Assembly: GCA_023245355.1 (NCBI GenBank)
Contig: JAHFKN010000003.1
Coordinates: 57,368 to 121,367, forward strand
Length of the DNA stretch: 64,000 nt
Source of the DNA: Candidatus Gottesmanbacteria bacterium
GTDB taxonomy: Bacteria > Patescibacteriota > Microgenomatia > UBA10105 > UBA927
Reading direction: 5' to 3'
The translations under genes were made by a program, and so were the position numbers. Below the pieces are notes generated by a model. It saw only the letters and a list, made by a program, of their open reading frames with translations. It was not told where the DNA came from and searched no databases. The stretch's first letter is position 1, and each line of letters opens with the position of its first letter. Shown one piece after another: positions 7,996 to 18,020 of the stretch.

Positions 7996-9012
7996 ATGGC
8001 AGATATATTTTATCCGGTAGCACACCGGTCAGACGAAGAAATTGAGGCACTGAAAAACCGGTATGTTTCGTTTGACGAAAACGTTATTCCCGGACTGATA
8101 AAACAATCGTGCAGCATGACGGCCGTATCCTGGAAAAAACCGGAAAGCTGGAGCACGTCACACGTCATTTACGTCGTGTCGGTCCGTGAGCGGCAGCGTC
8201 CTGTCGTTATCCGCGCAAATATCGGCTGGGGAGAGCCTGAGCGGTACATGCTGGTCGAGAAATGTATTACCGACAGGGCAGCGGTTCACGGAATTCCGGT
8301 TAACCGTATTCTCTATGTGGATATCAGCAGGGAGATATACCCGTTCGATTATCAGATTCAGGATATGCTGGAAGGCAAAGATATCGAAAGTTCATTTCGC
8401 GGAACCCGGGCTGAGTATGACCAGTTGTCATTTGATCTGGGTGCATATGTCGGGAAATGGGGTGAGTTGGAGTTTGAAGGGTTCGGCCGGTTTGATCTGG
8501 ATGAAGCTGAACATAGCTCGCTTGCAGGCACGAAGCAATCCATGTATGAATACATGATCGTGCGGCTCGATGAGGATATCCGGTATTTAGCCGATGCGCA
8601 GGTTGTCTCAGTCATGCAGGCTGATGCAATCCGGAAATTATTTGAAATACATAAGCCGGTGATGAATGTGAAAAAAGGAACCCTGGTGCAATATGACCTC
8701 GCGGATCATAACGTGATGTTTGACGGCGGGAAAACGATTACCGGTATTTTTGACTGGGAAGCGGCGGTAACAGGAGACCCGGTGTTGGATTTAGCGAGTG
8801 CCCCTACATGGAAGACGTTTTTCCCTCGTGAGGAAAAAATGATAGAGGGGTACCGTTCCGTACGGGATCTGCCGAATTTTTTCAGGGAAAAAATAGCGAT
8901 TTACCGCCTGCGCACCATGCTGTGGAAAATGGTGTATGCCATACGGGCGGGGATTCTCAATGAAGACAGGAAGAAAAAGTTTGAGGCAGCGCTCGTGCCA
9001 TTTAGGATATAA
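7996..9012 (+). CDS. Phosphotransferase-family kinase (APH/ChoK fold)
   Basis: Catalytic loop DLADHNVMFD and metal-binding IFDWEAA, as in aminoglycoside/choline kinase-like phosphotransferases. Confidence 0.55.
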   Translation: MADIFYPVAHRSDEEIEALKNRYVSFDENVIPGLIKQSCSMTAVSWKKPESWSTSHVIYVVSVRERQRPVVIRANIGWGEPERYMLVEKCITDRAAVHGIPVNRILYVDISREIYPFDYQIQDMLEGKDIESSFRGTRAEYDQLSFDLGAYVGKWGELEFEGFGRFDLDEAEHSSLAGTKQSMYEYMIVRLDEDIRYLADAQVVSVMQADAIRKLFEIHKPVMNVKKGTLVQYDLADHNVMFDGGKTITGIFDWEAAVTGDPVLDLASAPTWKTFFPREEKMIEGYRSVRDLPNFFREKIAIYRLRTMLWKMVYAIRAGILNEDRKKKFEAALVPFRI

Positions 9013-9047
9013 CCCCCGGGGGTGTGAACGGGATGTATTCCGTGCGT

Positions 9048-9272
9048 TTATTTTTTGGGTTTGTCGTTTAAATCTATTCTTAATACCCTTTTCGTCAGGC
9101 GGTATGCAATCTCGGCAAGGGAATTCATTTTTTCGATTTTTTCATCATCAGTACCGTCTTCGGTAACCACTTTCAGAATATTTGCATGTGCAGCATCTAC
9201 AATTTCCTGCCTGTCGCGGTTGAGAATTCTTTTCATCCTCCGATGCGGATGTGGTGGCTGATCTTCGCTCAT
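9048..9272 (-). CDS. Hypothetical small charged protein
   Basis: 74-aa ORF in an intergenic gap. No recognisable domain. Confidence 0.2.
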   Translation of the reverse strand: MSEDQPPHPHRRMKRILNRDRQEIVDAAHANILKVVTEDGTDDEKIEKMNSLAEIAYRLTKRVLRIDLNDKPKK

Positions 9273-9301
9273 GTATCCGAGTATATCAAATAATGAATTT
9301 A

Positions 9302-11503
9302 TTAATAGACAACATTAGTATGCTTCCTGATCGAAAATTCCTCGTATTCAAAATATGGCATCATATCGTGTATCGGTTCTATGTTTGTATAGTCCGTTTG
9401 TTGAATAGATACATATTTTTGATAGATCCATTCATGCTGCGGATTGAATGCTCTTTGTAGTGACGGTATCGTGCTATATTGCCTGAGAATGCCGTCCATA
9501 TATGCTGTGTCCCATGCCACGTTCTGTTTAGAGCAAATGACATAGGTTTTATTATATGCCCCTAAGAATGGACATATGCGTGACAATCCCGAAATGGCTG
9601 CATCATACTGCCGCTGATAATTATGGTGCAGCATAATGATATAGACGCCGTTATCAGTCAGAAGCGGCAGCATGGATCGGAAATATTCTATGGACCGGAC
9701 GGATGTCGATCCTGACCATCCCAATACGGTAAGATTATCGATTATGAGTGTATATGAGAGGCGAGATGCTTCGGCAAAAGATGTGTACGTATGTGCATCC
9801 GTAGCATAGATTGTTACTCTCGGATCTGTGAGCGGGTGAGACAGTACATCAGATGCTTCCTGTTTACTCAGCAGGGTAATGAGTTCATTAGACCACTCTA
9901 CTATGTCGACTGCCTGCACGTTTGTCATCGCAAGTACGTCCCGCACAATACCACCTCCGCCGAGCCCCAGGATAAGGATGTGCTTTCTATCAGGAGCGCC
10001 TGACGCGATTGCAGCAAGAAGGGAGTGGGCCTGCAGATACGGGATATATGACGCAACTGTTCCGTTTATACTTACCGAGCCGGCGTTATGATGGCCGTCC
10101 GTCCAGTTTATGGCAGCGACACCTCCTATACCTTCCACCCGTTGTGATGCCGGTGTAGAAGATTTTTGTATCCACCGGTTCCATATAGTTCCCGGTATGT
10201 TGATAAGAAGTATCATGAGCAGTGCGGCGTAAACGGCGTATGTTAGTCTGGTTTTTTCCTGTGACAGCAAGAATACTGTCGAAGTAAGATAGACTGCAAA
10301 TATGGTAATGATGCTCCACCTGGTGCCCATTACCGGAAGTCCCAGGATCATAAACAGTAATCCGCCAACCAGGGATCCTGCCGAAGATATAAACGATAAT
10401 ATTCCTGATTGCCGTTCCATATCCTCGGTCGGACTGGTAGATATGATAAGCGGAAAAAATGAACCGGATAAAAACGCAATCAGCCCCGTATGTTGAAACC
10501 CACCGATAAAAAATAACGATAAGAGGCCTTGATCGGGCATTGTCTTCGGAAAGTACATTGTTCCTATAAATGCGATAGGTAGCATGAGAAACAGCGGTGC
10601 AAGTCCGATATGGGGCGTCATCCGCTTATAGAGCGGGGAGAGGATATAGCTTCCGGCTGCGTACGACATAAGATAGGTTAGCAAGGCAAACGGGTATGTA
10701 TACGGGCTGGAGTTACTCCATGTCACAGTAATGGCGCGGAATATGGACGTTTCAAGAATAATTGATAGCATACTTGCTACTCCCATAGCCGCAAAATATT
10801 TTGTATTCACCGGCATAGCTGTTTCGAGAACTGGCGGTTTATTCGTCGTCTGTTTCCGGTCAATAAAAAGAAATATGCAGAAAATATACAGAAATATTAC
10901 CGCTATCAAAAGAAAAATAAGGCGGAAATCAATAAGCGGTAACAAAACCCGGATGAGTGTATAGATACCAGCTGCAGAGCCGGCTGTGTAGGTTCCGTAT
11001 AAGAAATCCGGCGTGCGGAATATCCCCCGGTTAGTGTAACGCATGATTCTTGGCAATATTGCCCCTGAAAGGATTGCGATTGGTATTGTCAGCAGGATGG
11101 CGGTGGCAAGGAGGATAGATTGAGAAAGCGATGCGTTCATGTGTTGAGAAATGATAAAACGCGATACACTCTGGAGTATCGGGAGCGCAAGCCCGGCACT
11201 TATAAGCGTATAAACACTGCTTATCCAGGCAATAGTGCTATATGGGAATAGTTTTTTACCCGACGGAAAAATTGCAAGTCCGGCTCCCAGTCCCATACCA
11301 ACCAGCGTGGTTAACAAAATGGCAAATGAAGATGCTGCCGTGCCGCCAACAAAGAGTTTTATCAAACGTTCTGCAATCACCTGATAGCTGATCGTGGCAA
11401 ATCCGGTAAGAAATATCGCGATGATAACCGTGGCAGAATAAACCGTTCCGTGTGTGGAGCGCGCGGGGCGTATGTCTGAGCGCGCAAAGGTATCTATTTC
11501 CAT
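9302..11503 (-). CDS. speE: Polyamine aminopropyltransferase (spermidine synthase-like) fused to an N-terminal polytopic membrane domain
   Basis: C-terminal ILILGLGGGGIVRDVL (GGGDGG-like dcSAM site) and IIDNLTV motifs. About 450 aa of N-terminal TM helices. Partner AdoMetDC gene at 6546..6932. Confidence 0.6.
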   Translation of the reverse strand: MEIDTFARSDIRPARSTHGTVYSATVIIAIFLTGFATISYQVIAERLIKLFVGGTAASSFAILLTTLVGMGLGAGLAIFPSGKKLFPYSTIAWISSVYTLISAGLALPILQSVSRFIISQHMNASLSQSILLATAILLTIPIAILSGAILPRIMRYTNRGIFRTPDFLYGTYTAGSAAGIYTLIRVLLPLIDFRLIFLLIAVIFLYIFCIFLFIDRKQTTNKPPVLETAMPVNTKYFAAMGVASMLSIILETSIFRAITVTWSNSSPYTYPFALLTYLMSYAAGSYILSPLYKRMTPHIGLAPLFLMLPIAFIGTMYFPKTMPDQGLLSLFFIGGFQHTGLIAFLSGSFFPLIISTSPTEDMERQSGILSFISSAGSLVGGLLFMILGLPVMGTRWSIITIFAVYLTSTVFLLSQEKTRLTYAVYAALLMILLINIPGTIWNRWIQKSSTPASQRVEGIGGVAAINWTDGHHNAGSVSINGTVASYIPYLQAHSLLAAIASGAPDRKHILILGLGGGGIVRDVLAMTNVQAVDIVEWSNELITLLSKQEASDVLSHPLTDPRVTIYATDAHTYTSFAEASRLSYTLIIDNLTVLGWSGSTSVRSIEYFRSMLPLLTDNGVYIIMLHHNYQRQYDAAISGLSRICPFLGAYNKTYVICSKQNVAWDTAYMDGILRQYSTIPSLQRAFNPQHEWIYQKYVSIQQTDYTNIEPIHDMMPYFEYEEFSIRKHTNVVY

Positions 11504-11745
11504 TTATGTTTCACTCCCCGCGTTTTTCCTTTTTCCACTTCCATCGAGAAACACCGATCGAACAGATCGAGGGCTTCATCGGATGCTAAATGACGATCCC
11601 GTACAAGGTGCCGGAAAAAATCCATATAGGTGTCCTGTGTGAGCGGGTGATTTCCGCGGACACTAGCTTCATACGCCAGGCGGGCAAGTGCGTGAATATA
11701 GAACGTTTCTATGTGGTTCATGATCACAGGGGGCAGGGGTGCTAT

Positions 11746-11819
11746 GGAGCCCGGAGCGAGAATCGGACTCGCGACCTAGTTCTTACCAAGAACTCGCTCT
11801 ACCACTGAGCCATCCGGGC
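11746..11819 (-). tRNA. tRNA-Thr (anticodon GGT), CCA encoded
   Basis: GCCCGGA/TCCGGGC acceptor, D-stem GCTC/GAGC, anticodon stem AGTTC/GAACT with loop TTGGTAA, T-loop TCCGATT, 3' TCCA. Confidence 0.85.
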
Positions 11820-11934
11820 GGAATACAGGGTATTGTACCAAATAGGAAGATTGCTGTGAATGATTTTGTATGAAGCATGCGACTAATATACTTACTACAA
11901 AATGTTTGTTACCCGTCAAACGGGATCATATAGT

Positions 11935-12882
11935 ATGAAGAAAGCAATTTTGGTTACCGGAGCATTCGGATTGGTTGGATCAGACCTTGTTCCTGCTTTG
12001 CAGAAGAAATACGGAGCCTCCCTCGTGTTTGCGCTGGGCAACAAAACAATTCCCAAAGATTTCCGCGGACAATTAGTCAAAGGCGATGTCCGTGATTTGT
12101 CATCGCTTAAAAAAATAGTCACGAAATACAATATCGGCATCGTGTATCATCTGGCGGGGTTGCTATCCGTCGGAGGAGAAAAACATCCGGATCTGGCATG
12201 GGACGTGAATCTTAACGGACTCCGCAATGTCCTTGATCTTGCACGTGACGAGCACCTCCGGATGTTTTGGCCCAGTTCCATTGCCGCATTCGGTCCGACG
12301 ACACCGAAAGATATGACGCCGCAGCACACGGTGATTGAGCCCACGACAATGTACGGCATTACGAAATATGCGGGAGAACTATTATGTCAGTACTATCATT
12401 CGCGGTGGGGCGTCGATGTCCGGAGTCTCCGGTATCCGGGGCTTATCGGGTATAAGGCGCCGCCGGGAGACGGAACGACTGAGTATGCCGTTCATATTTT
12501 TTACGGGCTGCTCAAAGAGAATGCATACAATCCGTTTCTGAAAGCCGATGCGCGTCTTCCGATGATGTATATCGATGATGCGATTCGGGGGACGATGCAG
12601 CTTATGGCAGCACCTGCCGATAAAATCACCGTTCGGACAAGTTACAATTTCACAGCGATCAATTTTACGCCGAAAGAGCTTGTCACCGAAATCAAAAAAC
12701 TATACCCGACGTTTAAAGCTGCCTATGTGCCTGATCCGGCAAAACAGCGCATTGCCGACGGGTGGCCGAAATCGATTGACGACACTCAGGCGCGGAAAGA
12801 CTGGGGATGGAAGCCCGAGTTTGATCTTCCCACGATGACCAAAACCATGATTAACGGGTTGAAAAAGAAGTTGGCTATATAA
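11935..12882 (+). CDS. tdh: NAD-dependent epimerase/dehydratase family, L-threonine 3-dehydrogenase-like
   Basis: N-terminal VTGAFGLVGSDL Rossmann motif and extended-SDR YxxxK region. Immediately followed by kbl, a known tdh-kbl pairing. Start taken at internal MKKAIL. Confidence 0.55.
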   Translation: MKKAILVTGAFGLVGSDLVPALQKKYGASLVFALGNKTIPKDFRGQLVKGDVRDLSSLKKIVTKYNIGIVYHLAGLLSVGGEKHPDLAWDVNLNGLRNVLDLARDEHLRMFWPSSIAAFGPTTPKDMTPQHTVIEPTTMYGITKYAGELLCQYYHSRWGVDVRSLRYPGLIGYKAPPGDGTTEYAVHIFYGLLKENAYNPFLKADARLPMMYIDDAIRGTMQLMAAPADKITVRTSYNFTAINFTPKELVTEIKKLYPTFKAAYVPDPAKQRIADGWPKSIDDTQARKDWGWKPEFDLPTMTKTMINGLKKKLAI

Positions 12883-12953
12883 ATTGTATTGTATGTCTTG
12901 CGGAGTCTGACGGTGCTTCGTCATACGCACAAAAGACGGAAAGGAATGCATAT

Positions 12954-14159
12954 ATGCATCCGTTACAGCATTATTTTGACACGATCGAGGATATGAAGAA
13001 AAAAGGGTTATATACCCCGATTCGGGTGCTGGAATCAGCGCAGGGACCATGGATCACGATTGACGGGAAAAAGGTACTCAATTTTTGTTCTAACAATTAT
13101 CTGGGGTTCGCCCAGGATAGGCGGTTGGTGTCAGCAGTGGTTAAGGCTGTGAAAAAATACGGAATCGGTGCGGGAGCGGTGCGGCCGATTTCCGGCAACA
13201 TGACGCTCCATATGGAAGCTGAGAAGGCGCTGGCGAAATTAAAAGGTGCGGAAGCGGCGTTTCTTCTTCCCGGCGGATTTATCGCAAATATTGTGGCTGT
13301 CGCGACCATTGTCGGTAAAGAAGATATCGTTATCTCAGACGAACTTAATCACGCATCTATCATCGATGCTATCAAGCTCGCACAGGTGAAAACGAAATTT
13401 ATCTATAAGCATAATGACATGGCAGAGCTGGAATTGCGGCTCAAAGAAGCGGTCGCCGCCGCCAAAACACCCAAATCAGACGGACAGAAACCGGTGATTC
13501 TTGTCGTGTCGGACGGCGTATTCAGTATGGACGGCGATATAGCACCTCTTCCCAGGATTGTCGCGCTCGCCAAAAAGTATGGCGCAATCACTATGGTCGA
13601 TGATGCACATGGAGAAGGTGTGTTGGGAGACGGACGGGGAATCGCGGCGCATTTTTCGCTCCACGGGAAACTCGATATTGAAGTGGGAACGCTGTCGAAA
13701 GCATTCGGTGTGCTGGGCGGTGTTATCACCGGAAAGAAAGAACTTATAGAATATTACCGTCAGAAAGGGCGGCCATATCTGTTTTCGACCGGACTCACAG
13801 TAGCGGACTGCGCGGCGGTTATCGAAGGCGTGAAAATTTTGACTAAATCAAAGTCGCTCGTCAAAACGCTTTGGAGTAACGCCGCTTACCTCAAAAAAGA
13901 ACTTGAGAAAGCAGGATTTAATACCGGAGTCACCCAAACGCCCATTACACCCGTGATGCTGGGAGATGAAAATTTGGCCAAGGAATTCAGTAAACGTCTG
14001 TACGAACGCGGGGTATTTGCTACTCCCATCAAATTCCCTATGGTTGCGATGGGAAAGGCGCGTATCCGCGTGATGCCGTCCGCCGTTCATACCAAAAAGG
14101 ACATTGATTACGGTGTCGCAGCCTTTGTGGCAGTCGGAAAAGAACTGAAGGTTATTTAA
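12954..14159 (+). CDS. kbl: 2-amino-3-ketobutyrate CoA ligase / glycine C-acetyltransferase (PLP-dependent, AONS family)
   Basis: SMDGDIAPL, MVDDAHGEG and GTLSKAFG (PLP-lysine) motifs. 401 aa. Confidence 0.7.
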   Translation: MHPLQHYFDTIEDMKKKGLYTPIRVLESAQGPWITIDGKKVLNFCSNNYLGFAQDRRLVSAVVKAVKKYGIGAGAVRPISGNMTLHMEAEKALAKLKGAEAAFLLPGGFIANIVAVATIVGKEDIVISDELNHASIIDAIKLAQVKTKFIYKHNDMAELELRLKEAVAAAKTPKSDGQKPVILVVSDGVFSMDGDIAPLPRIVALAKKYGAITMVDDAHGEGVLGDGRGIAAHFSLHGKLDIEVGTLSKAFGVLGGVITGKKELIEYYRQKGRPYLFSTGLTVADCAAVIEGVKILTKSKSLVKTLWSNAAYLKKELEKAGFNTGVTQTPITPVMLGDENLAKEFSKRLYERGVFATPIKFPMVAMGKARIRVMPSAVHTKKDIDYGVAAFVAVGKELKVI

Positions 14160-14881
14160 AGCGCTGCGCCTTTAAAATTCGGGCAGTTTGCTTTGGCCCA
14201 TGAGAGGAATTCTTGTGTGCATTCGAACTTGATGCCAGCCGTGTCCGGTCCCGGCATGCAGTCTACCCATTCGGTTTTGGGACACGTAAATCCCTGCCGG
14301 GGATCAGAGGGCACTGTTTGGTCCGTATCAAATACACATTGATTATTACGGCAGACCGGCTGAGAAGGCGACTCGCACGGTTTGCAGGCCACAAAAGATT
14401 CGCATGTGGTTTTCTGGCTGTAGTCGGTTCCGGGTACGTAGGATTCCCATCCGTCTTTTCCGATCTGTGACCTATTGATAGGCTCCGGGCAGACGCAGCA
14501 GCCGGATGATACCAGGATTCCCGTCGTACAGTCGCGGTCGGTGTCACAGGAGAGAGGATCCGTGTATATCGGGTTTACCCCGTCATCGATCGTCGGCTGG
14601 GTAAACCGTTTTCCGTCGCGGGTAACACAGGTCGGCGGAAAACTTTCCTGGATCACGCTTCCACGGGCTTTTACGCATTCTTCATATGTGGTAACGGCAG
14701 TCGATGAGAAAAATTCCTGATATGCGAACAAGCCGCCGCTTCCTAAGAGTATGCCGAATATAAGTATCAACGCCGTATAGACAGGACGTAAAGACAGACG
14801 GGTGCGGGGAGGTTCAGGAGCCGAAGATACCGAAGCGGGGAGTTCCTGTTGTTTCTCATTAGTTTGCAGCGGATCTTCCAT
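14156..14881 (-). CDS. Cys-rich secreted/membrane-anchored hypothetical protein
   Basis: N-terminal TM anchor, then about 20 Cys in CxxC/CC patterns. No recognisable family. Confidence 0.4.
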   Translation of the reverse strand: MEDPLQTNEKQQELPASVSSAPEPPRTRLSLRPVYTALILIFGILLGSGGLFAYQEFFSSTAVTTYEECVKARGSVIQESFPPTCVTRDGKRFTQPTIDDGVNPIYTDPLSCDTDRDCTTGILVSSGCCVCPEPINRSQIGKDGWESYVPGTDYSQKTTCESFVACKPCESPSQPVCRNNQCVFDTDQTVPSDPRQGFTCPKTEWVDCMPGPDTAGIKFECTQEFLSWAKANCPNFKGAAL

Positions 14882-14948
14882 TAGGTACCAGTATAAATCG
14901 TGTGATCGGTAACATACAAGGCAAAATCCTATGTGATACAGTAAGGGA

Positions 14949-15941
14949 ATGAAATATGCGGGCGTATTGATTGTTCTGGGGCTCCTGATAGCGGGTTTTT
15001 CTACGTACGCATTGTTGGGACCCAGGCAATCCGTATCCGTTCTTTCTCCGATTACTCAGGTTGTGGAACGACCCTTGGACAAATATACGATAGAGACGCT
15101 TACCAGGAGGCAGGGAATAGCCGGTAACATCATGCTGGATGACGCGGTTGCAACGGCGTCGGGTTTTACCGAATGGACATTTCATTACACAAGCGACGGG
15201 AAAAAAGTTACCGGTCTGGCTCATATTCCGGCAGGCGTCACCGATACACGAAAAGCGCCGGTTATTGTTCAGTTCCGGGGATATGTCGAACGCAGCGCGT
15301 ATGCGCCGGGAATCGGTACGAAGAAAAGTGCGGAAGTATTTGCCCGGAACGGATATATTTCGTTGGCGCCTGATTTCTTAGGATACGGAGGGTCTGATAA
15401 CCCGGAAGATGATGTGTTTGAAGAACGGTTTCAGACGTATCTTGCTGCTCTCGATCTTCTGGCTTCCGTCCGGTCGCTGTCGCTAGCTGATCCGTCCAGA
15501 GTCGGGATCTGGGCACACAGCAACGGGGGACAGATAGCACTCACAATCCTTGAAATCACCCAAGGGAAGTATCCTACCGTTTTGTGGGCGCCGGTTACCC
15601 GCGCATTTCCGTATTCCATATTATATTATACCGACGAAGCGGAAGATAAAGGTAAGGCGCTGCGTAAAAAACTTGCGGATTTTGAACGGGATTATGATTC
15701 GGATCTCTATGCCATGACAAATTTTCTCGACCGGATCAAAGCTCCGCTTCAGTTACATCAGGGGACTGCTGATGACGCAGTTCCGGTTCGTTGGAACGAT
15801 GAGTTTGTCGCTGATCTGAAGAAGCGTAACATTACTATCGGATACTTTTTGTATCCGGGCGCCGATCATAACCTGCAGCCTTCATGGAATACAGTAATTG
15901 CGCGGGATATCGAGTTTTTTACCCGGTACCTCAAGCCGTAA
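14949..15941 (+). CDS. Secreted alpha/beta hydrolase (dienelactone hydrolase/S9-like)
   Basis: Signal peptide, nucleophile elbow GIWAHSNGGQIA (GxSxG), downstream Asp and His (GADHNL) in triad order. Confidence 0.6.
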   Translation: MKYAGVLIVLGLLIAGFSTYALLGPRQSVSVLSPITQVVERPLDKYTIETLTRRQGIAGNIMLDDAVATASGFTEWTFHYTSDGKKVTGLAHIPAGVTDTRKAPVIVQFRGYVERSAYAPGIGTKKSAEVFARNGYISLAPDFLGYGGSDNPEDDVFEERFQTYLAALDLLASVRSLSLADPSRVGIWAHSNGGQIALTILEITQGKYPTVLWAPVTRAFPYSILYYTDEAEDKGKALRKKLADFERDYDSDLYAMTNFLDRIKAPLQLHQGTADDAVPVRWNDEFVADLKKRNITIGYFLYPGADHNLQPSWNTVIARDIEFFTRYLKP

Positions 15942-15974
15942 GTATATACGGCGCGTGCGTTTTGTCAGATAGCA

Positions 15975-16481
15975 TTATGGCTGCGGGAATGTGAACGCTG
16001 CGCTGCAGCTTGAATTCGCATTCAGGTCATCTTTGATGACCACATCCACGATGGCCGGCGTATTGGCGGTAATTGCCAGCGGTTTCGTCGTGCATCGGAA
16101 CGTGGATCCTCCCCGCTGCGGGGAAGCAGTCAGCGGGCTGGTGACGGAAGATTTTGTAACTTCCTTGCCGTCAATTTTTACTGAAAAATCACACGTTACG
16201 TTCTTGGCTCCCGTTACGTCTCCGCCTTCAACAGAAAGATAATATTCGGAAAATCCGACTTTCGGGTTAAAGTATTGCTGGTCACACCCTAAAGCCGAAA
16301 TAGGTCCCGGCGTGGGGGAGGTTACAGCAACGGGCTGCCCTGCAGGGGTTACCACGGCATTCTTCGGACTCTTTGTCCGGAAGTACCATGCACCGGCTAC
16401 AACTGCGACAACCAATACTGCCCCTACGACGTACGTCATCATGGATGGGGATTCCATGGACTCTTCAGATGTTTTATCCAT
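15975..16481 (-). CDS. Membrane-anchored hypothetical protein
   Basis: 168 aa, single N-terminal TM (MMTYVVGAVLVVAVVAGAWYF), beta-rich ectodomain. Confidence 0.35.
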   Translation of the reverse strand: MDKTSEESMESPSMMTYVVGAVLVVAVVAGAWYFRTKSPKNAVVTPAGQPVAVTSPTPGPISALGCDQQYFNPKVGFSEYYLSVEGGDVTGAKNVTCDFSVKIDGKEVTKSSVTSPLTASPQRGGSTFRCTTKPLAITANTPAIVDVVIKDDLNANSSCSAAFTFPQP

Positions 16482-16583
16482 ATAGAATCAGTATAGGAAT
16501 TTTTGTGGGTTATGCAATAGGGGAAGTTACATCCGTTGTACGCTACCCGCCGGATGACTCTCCTGGGAATGTCGGGCGTGTTG

Positions 16584-16668
16584 TGCTGAGGCCAAGATTC
16601 GAACTTGGGTAGGCCTGTCGGCCGGCAGTTTTACAGACTGCTGCGATTGTCCACTCCGCCACCTCAGC
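16584..16668 (-). tRNA. tRNA-Tyr (anticodon GTA), type II long variable arm
   Basis: Acceptor GCTGAGG/CCTCAGC, anticodon stem GCAGT/ACTGC with loop CTGTAAA, long variable arm CGGCCGACAGGCCTA, T-loop TTCGAAT, discriminator A. Confidence 0.85.
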
Positions 16669-16693
16669 AATATTCGTTTATCAGTATGCTGTT

Positions 16694-16724
16694 GCCCCAG
16701 TTGCTTTGAGGGGCCACCTCAGCA
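16694..16724 (-). repeat. 12-nt duplicate of tRNA-Tyr 5' end plus adjacent GC hairpin, upstream of the intact tRNA
   Basis: Plus gccacctcagca at 16713..16724 repeats 16658..16669 (tRNA positions 1-11 plus one upstream nt). The hairpin GCCCC-N11-GGGGC lies at 16694..16714. Confidence 0.5.
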
Positions 16725-16804
16725 TGGGATTACGAACGTTCTTTATTATATCCCATCATCCGGTTGCTGGAAACCGGGAATGTATCGCTCTATAATGGAT
16801 ATCT

Positions 16805-17125
16805 ATGACAAGCGGAAAACGGTTGGTTGCGCGCGTGGCTCCGTATGCACGGTTTGTACGCGGGATTGCGCACCCGCACCGGCTGGCAATCCTGTATCTA
16901 TTGGCACATGAACCCATGAATCCTCATGATATAGGAGCGCACATGCCGGTTGCTGAAAGTCTTGTTGCCCATCACCTGAAAGCGATGTATGCGTCCGGTT
17001 GGCTCAACAAGCAGCGCATCGGAAAAAATGTGCTGTATAGCGTAAACAAAAAAACACTCCGGGAAATACCTAAATTTCTTCTGGATACGCCGTTATGGCG
17101 AAATATGAGCAAAAAACCGGTATAA
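16805..17125 (+). CDS. ArsR/SmtB-family transcriptional regulator
   Basis: Winged-HTH pattern HPHRLAILYLL...ESLVAHHLKAMYASGWL. 106 aa. Confidence 0.55.
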   Translation: MTSGKRLVARVAPYARFVRGIAHPHRLAILYLLAHEPMNPHDIGAHMPVAESLVAHHLKAMYASGWLNKQRIGKNVLYSVNKKTLREIPKFLLDTPLWRNMSKKPV

Positions 17126-17132
17126 TTGCACC

Positions 17133-18014
17133 ATGGAGCATCCGGTAACTGCACTCACGAGAGAAGCCATGACAGGACAGGAGATCCAACTCCTGCTCAA
17201 ACAAGCCACGCCCGAGCGTAGGGGCATATTTGAAAAACTTCAGGAGAAAGCGTGGTTTCAGCAGACGGATCCCTCTATTCAGAAAACACTGCTGACGCTT
17301 CCTTCCAAGGGTCGCGAGAATCACGACGGATTTCTGGAAGATTTAGCAGGACGGCCGGAGGAAATCGCCAATATTAAAGTGGAACGTATGATCGATGTAC
17401 CCAGAGGATCATTTGCCCTCGTGCCGAAGTTTGAAGTATCGCGTAAAGATAATCCTGCTATCCGTTATACCTATGAATACGTCAGTTGGCGAACCGGTCC
17501 GCTTTCAGGGGCAAAAGGAGTAGTATTTGTGGAAAAAGACGGGCAGACGACACACTTTATCGTGCTGCGGGGCGAGAAGTTTGCCCCCGGCAAAAAAACC
17601 TGGGACGCAATCGGCGGTTTTCTGGATAAAGATGCAGACGGAGTCGGTCATCTTGATGACAGGATTCTCCACGAGGTCCGGGAGGAATTGGGAGCACCAT
17701 CGGCACAGGTAAATAAAATTGTTGACTTGGGGCGCGTGATGCCCGATGCCGGATTTTCCAATAACGAACCGTCGTTATTTGCCGCATTTATCTCGGATGC
17801 CGATATGCAGACACTCTCAACTCAACCGGTGAATCCCGATATATACGAGCTCAAAAGCGGGGCAGTCATATTACCCATGGAACAATTAGCGGATATCGTC
17901 ATGGAAAATAATGACGGGTACTTTCTTTCCACGATTGCGCGCGCATGGGCCAAAGGAATAATTGCTCCGCCCGCGGCGGTGAGCGGCAAGGCCGTAGGAT
18001 TTTCTCCGAACTGA
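17133..18014 (+). CDS. Hypothetical protein with C-terminal Nudix-like hydrolase domain
   Basis: GGFLDKDADGVGHLDDRILHEVREELG approximates the Nudix box Gx5Ex7REUxEExGU. Confidence 0.4.
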   Translation: MEHPVTALTREAMTGQEIQLLLKQATPERRGIFEKLQEKAWFQQTDPSIQKTLLTLPSKGRENHDGFLEDLAGRPEEIANIKVERMIDVPRGSFALVPKFEVSRKDNPAIRYTYEYVSWRTGPLSGAKGVVFVEKDGQTTHFIVLRGEKFAPGKKTWDAIGGFLDKDADGVGHLDDRILHEVREELGAPSAQVNKIVDLGRVMPDAGFSNNEPSLFAAFISDADMQTLSTQPVNPDIYELKSGAVILPMEQLADIVMENNDGYFLSTIARAWAKGIIAPPAAVSGKAVGFSPN

Positions 18015-18020
18015 TTATTT

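Noticed and set aside
13403-13729. Multiple 60-110-aa ORFs on the minus strand inside kbl
   Set aside because: Antisense to a confidently assigned PLP enzyme gene. No supporting features.
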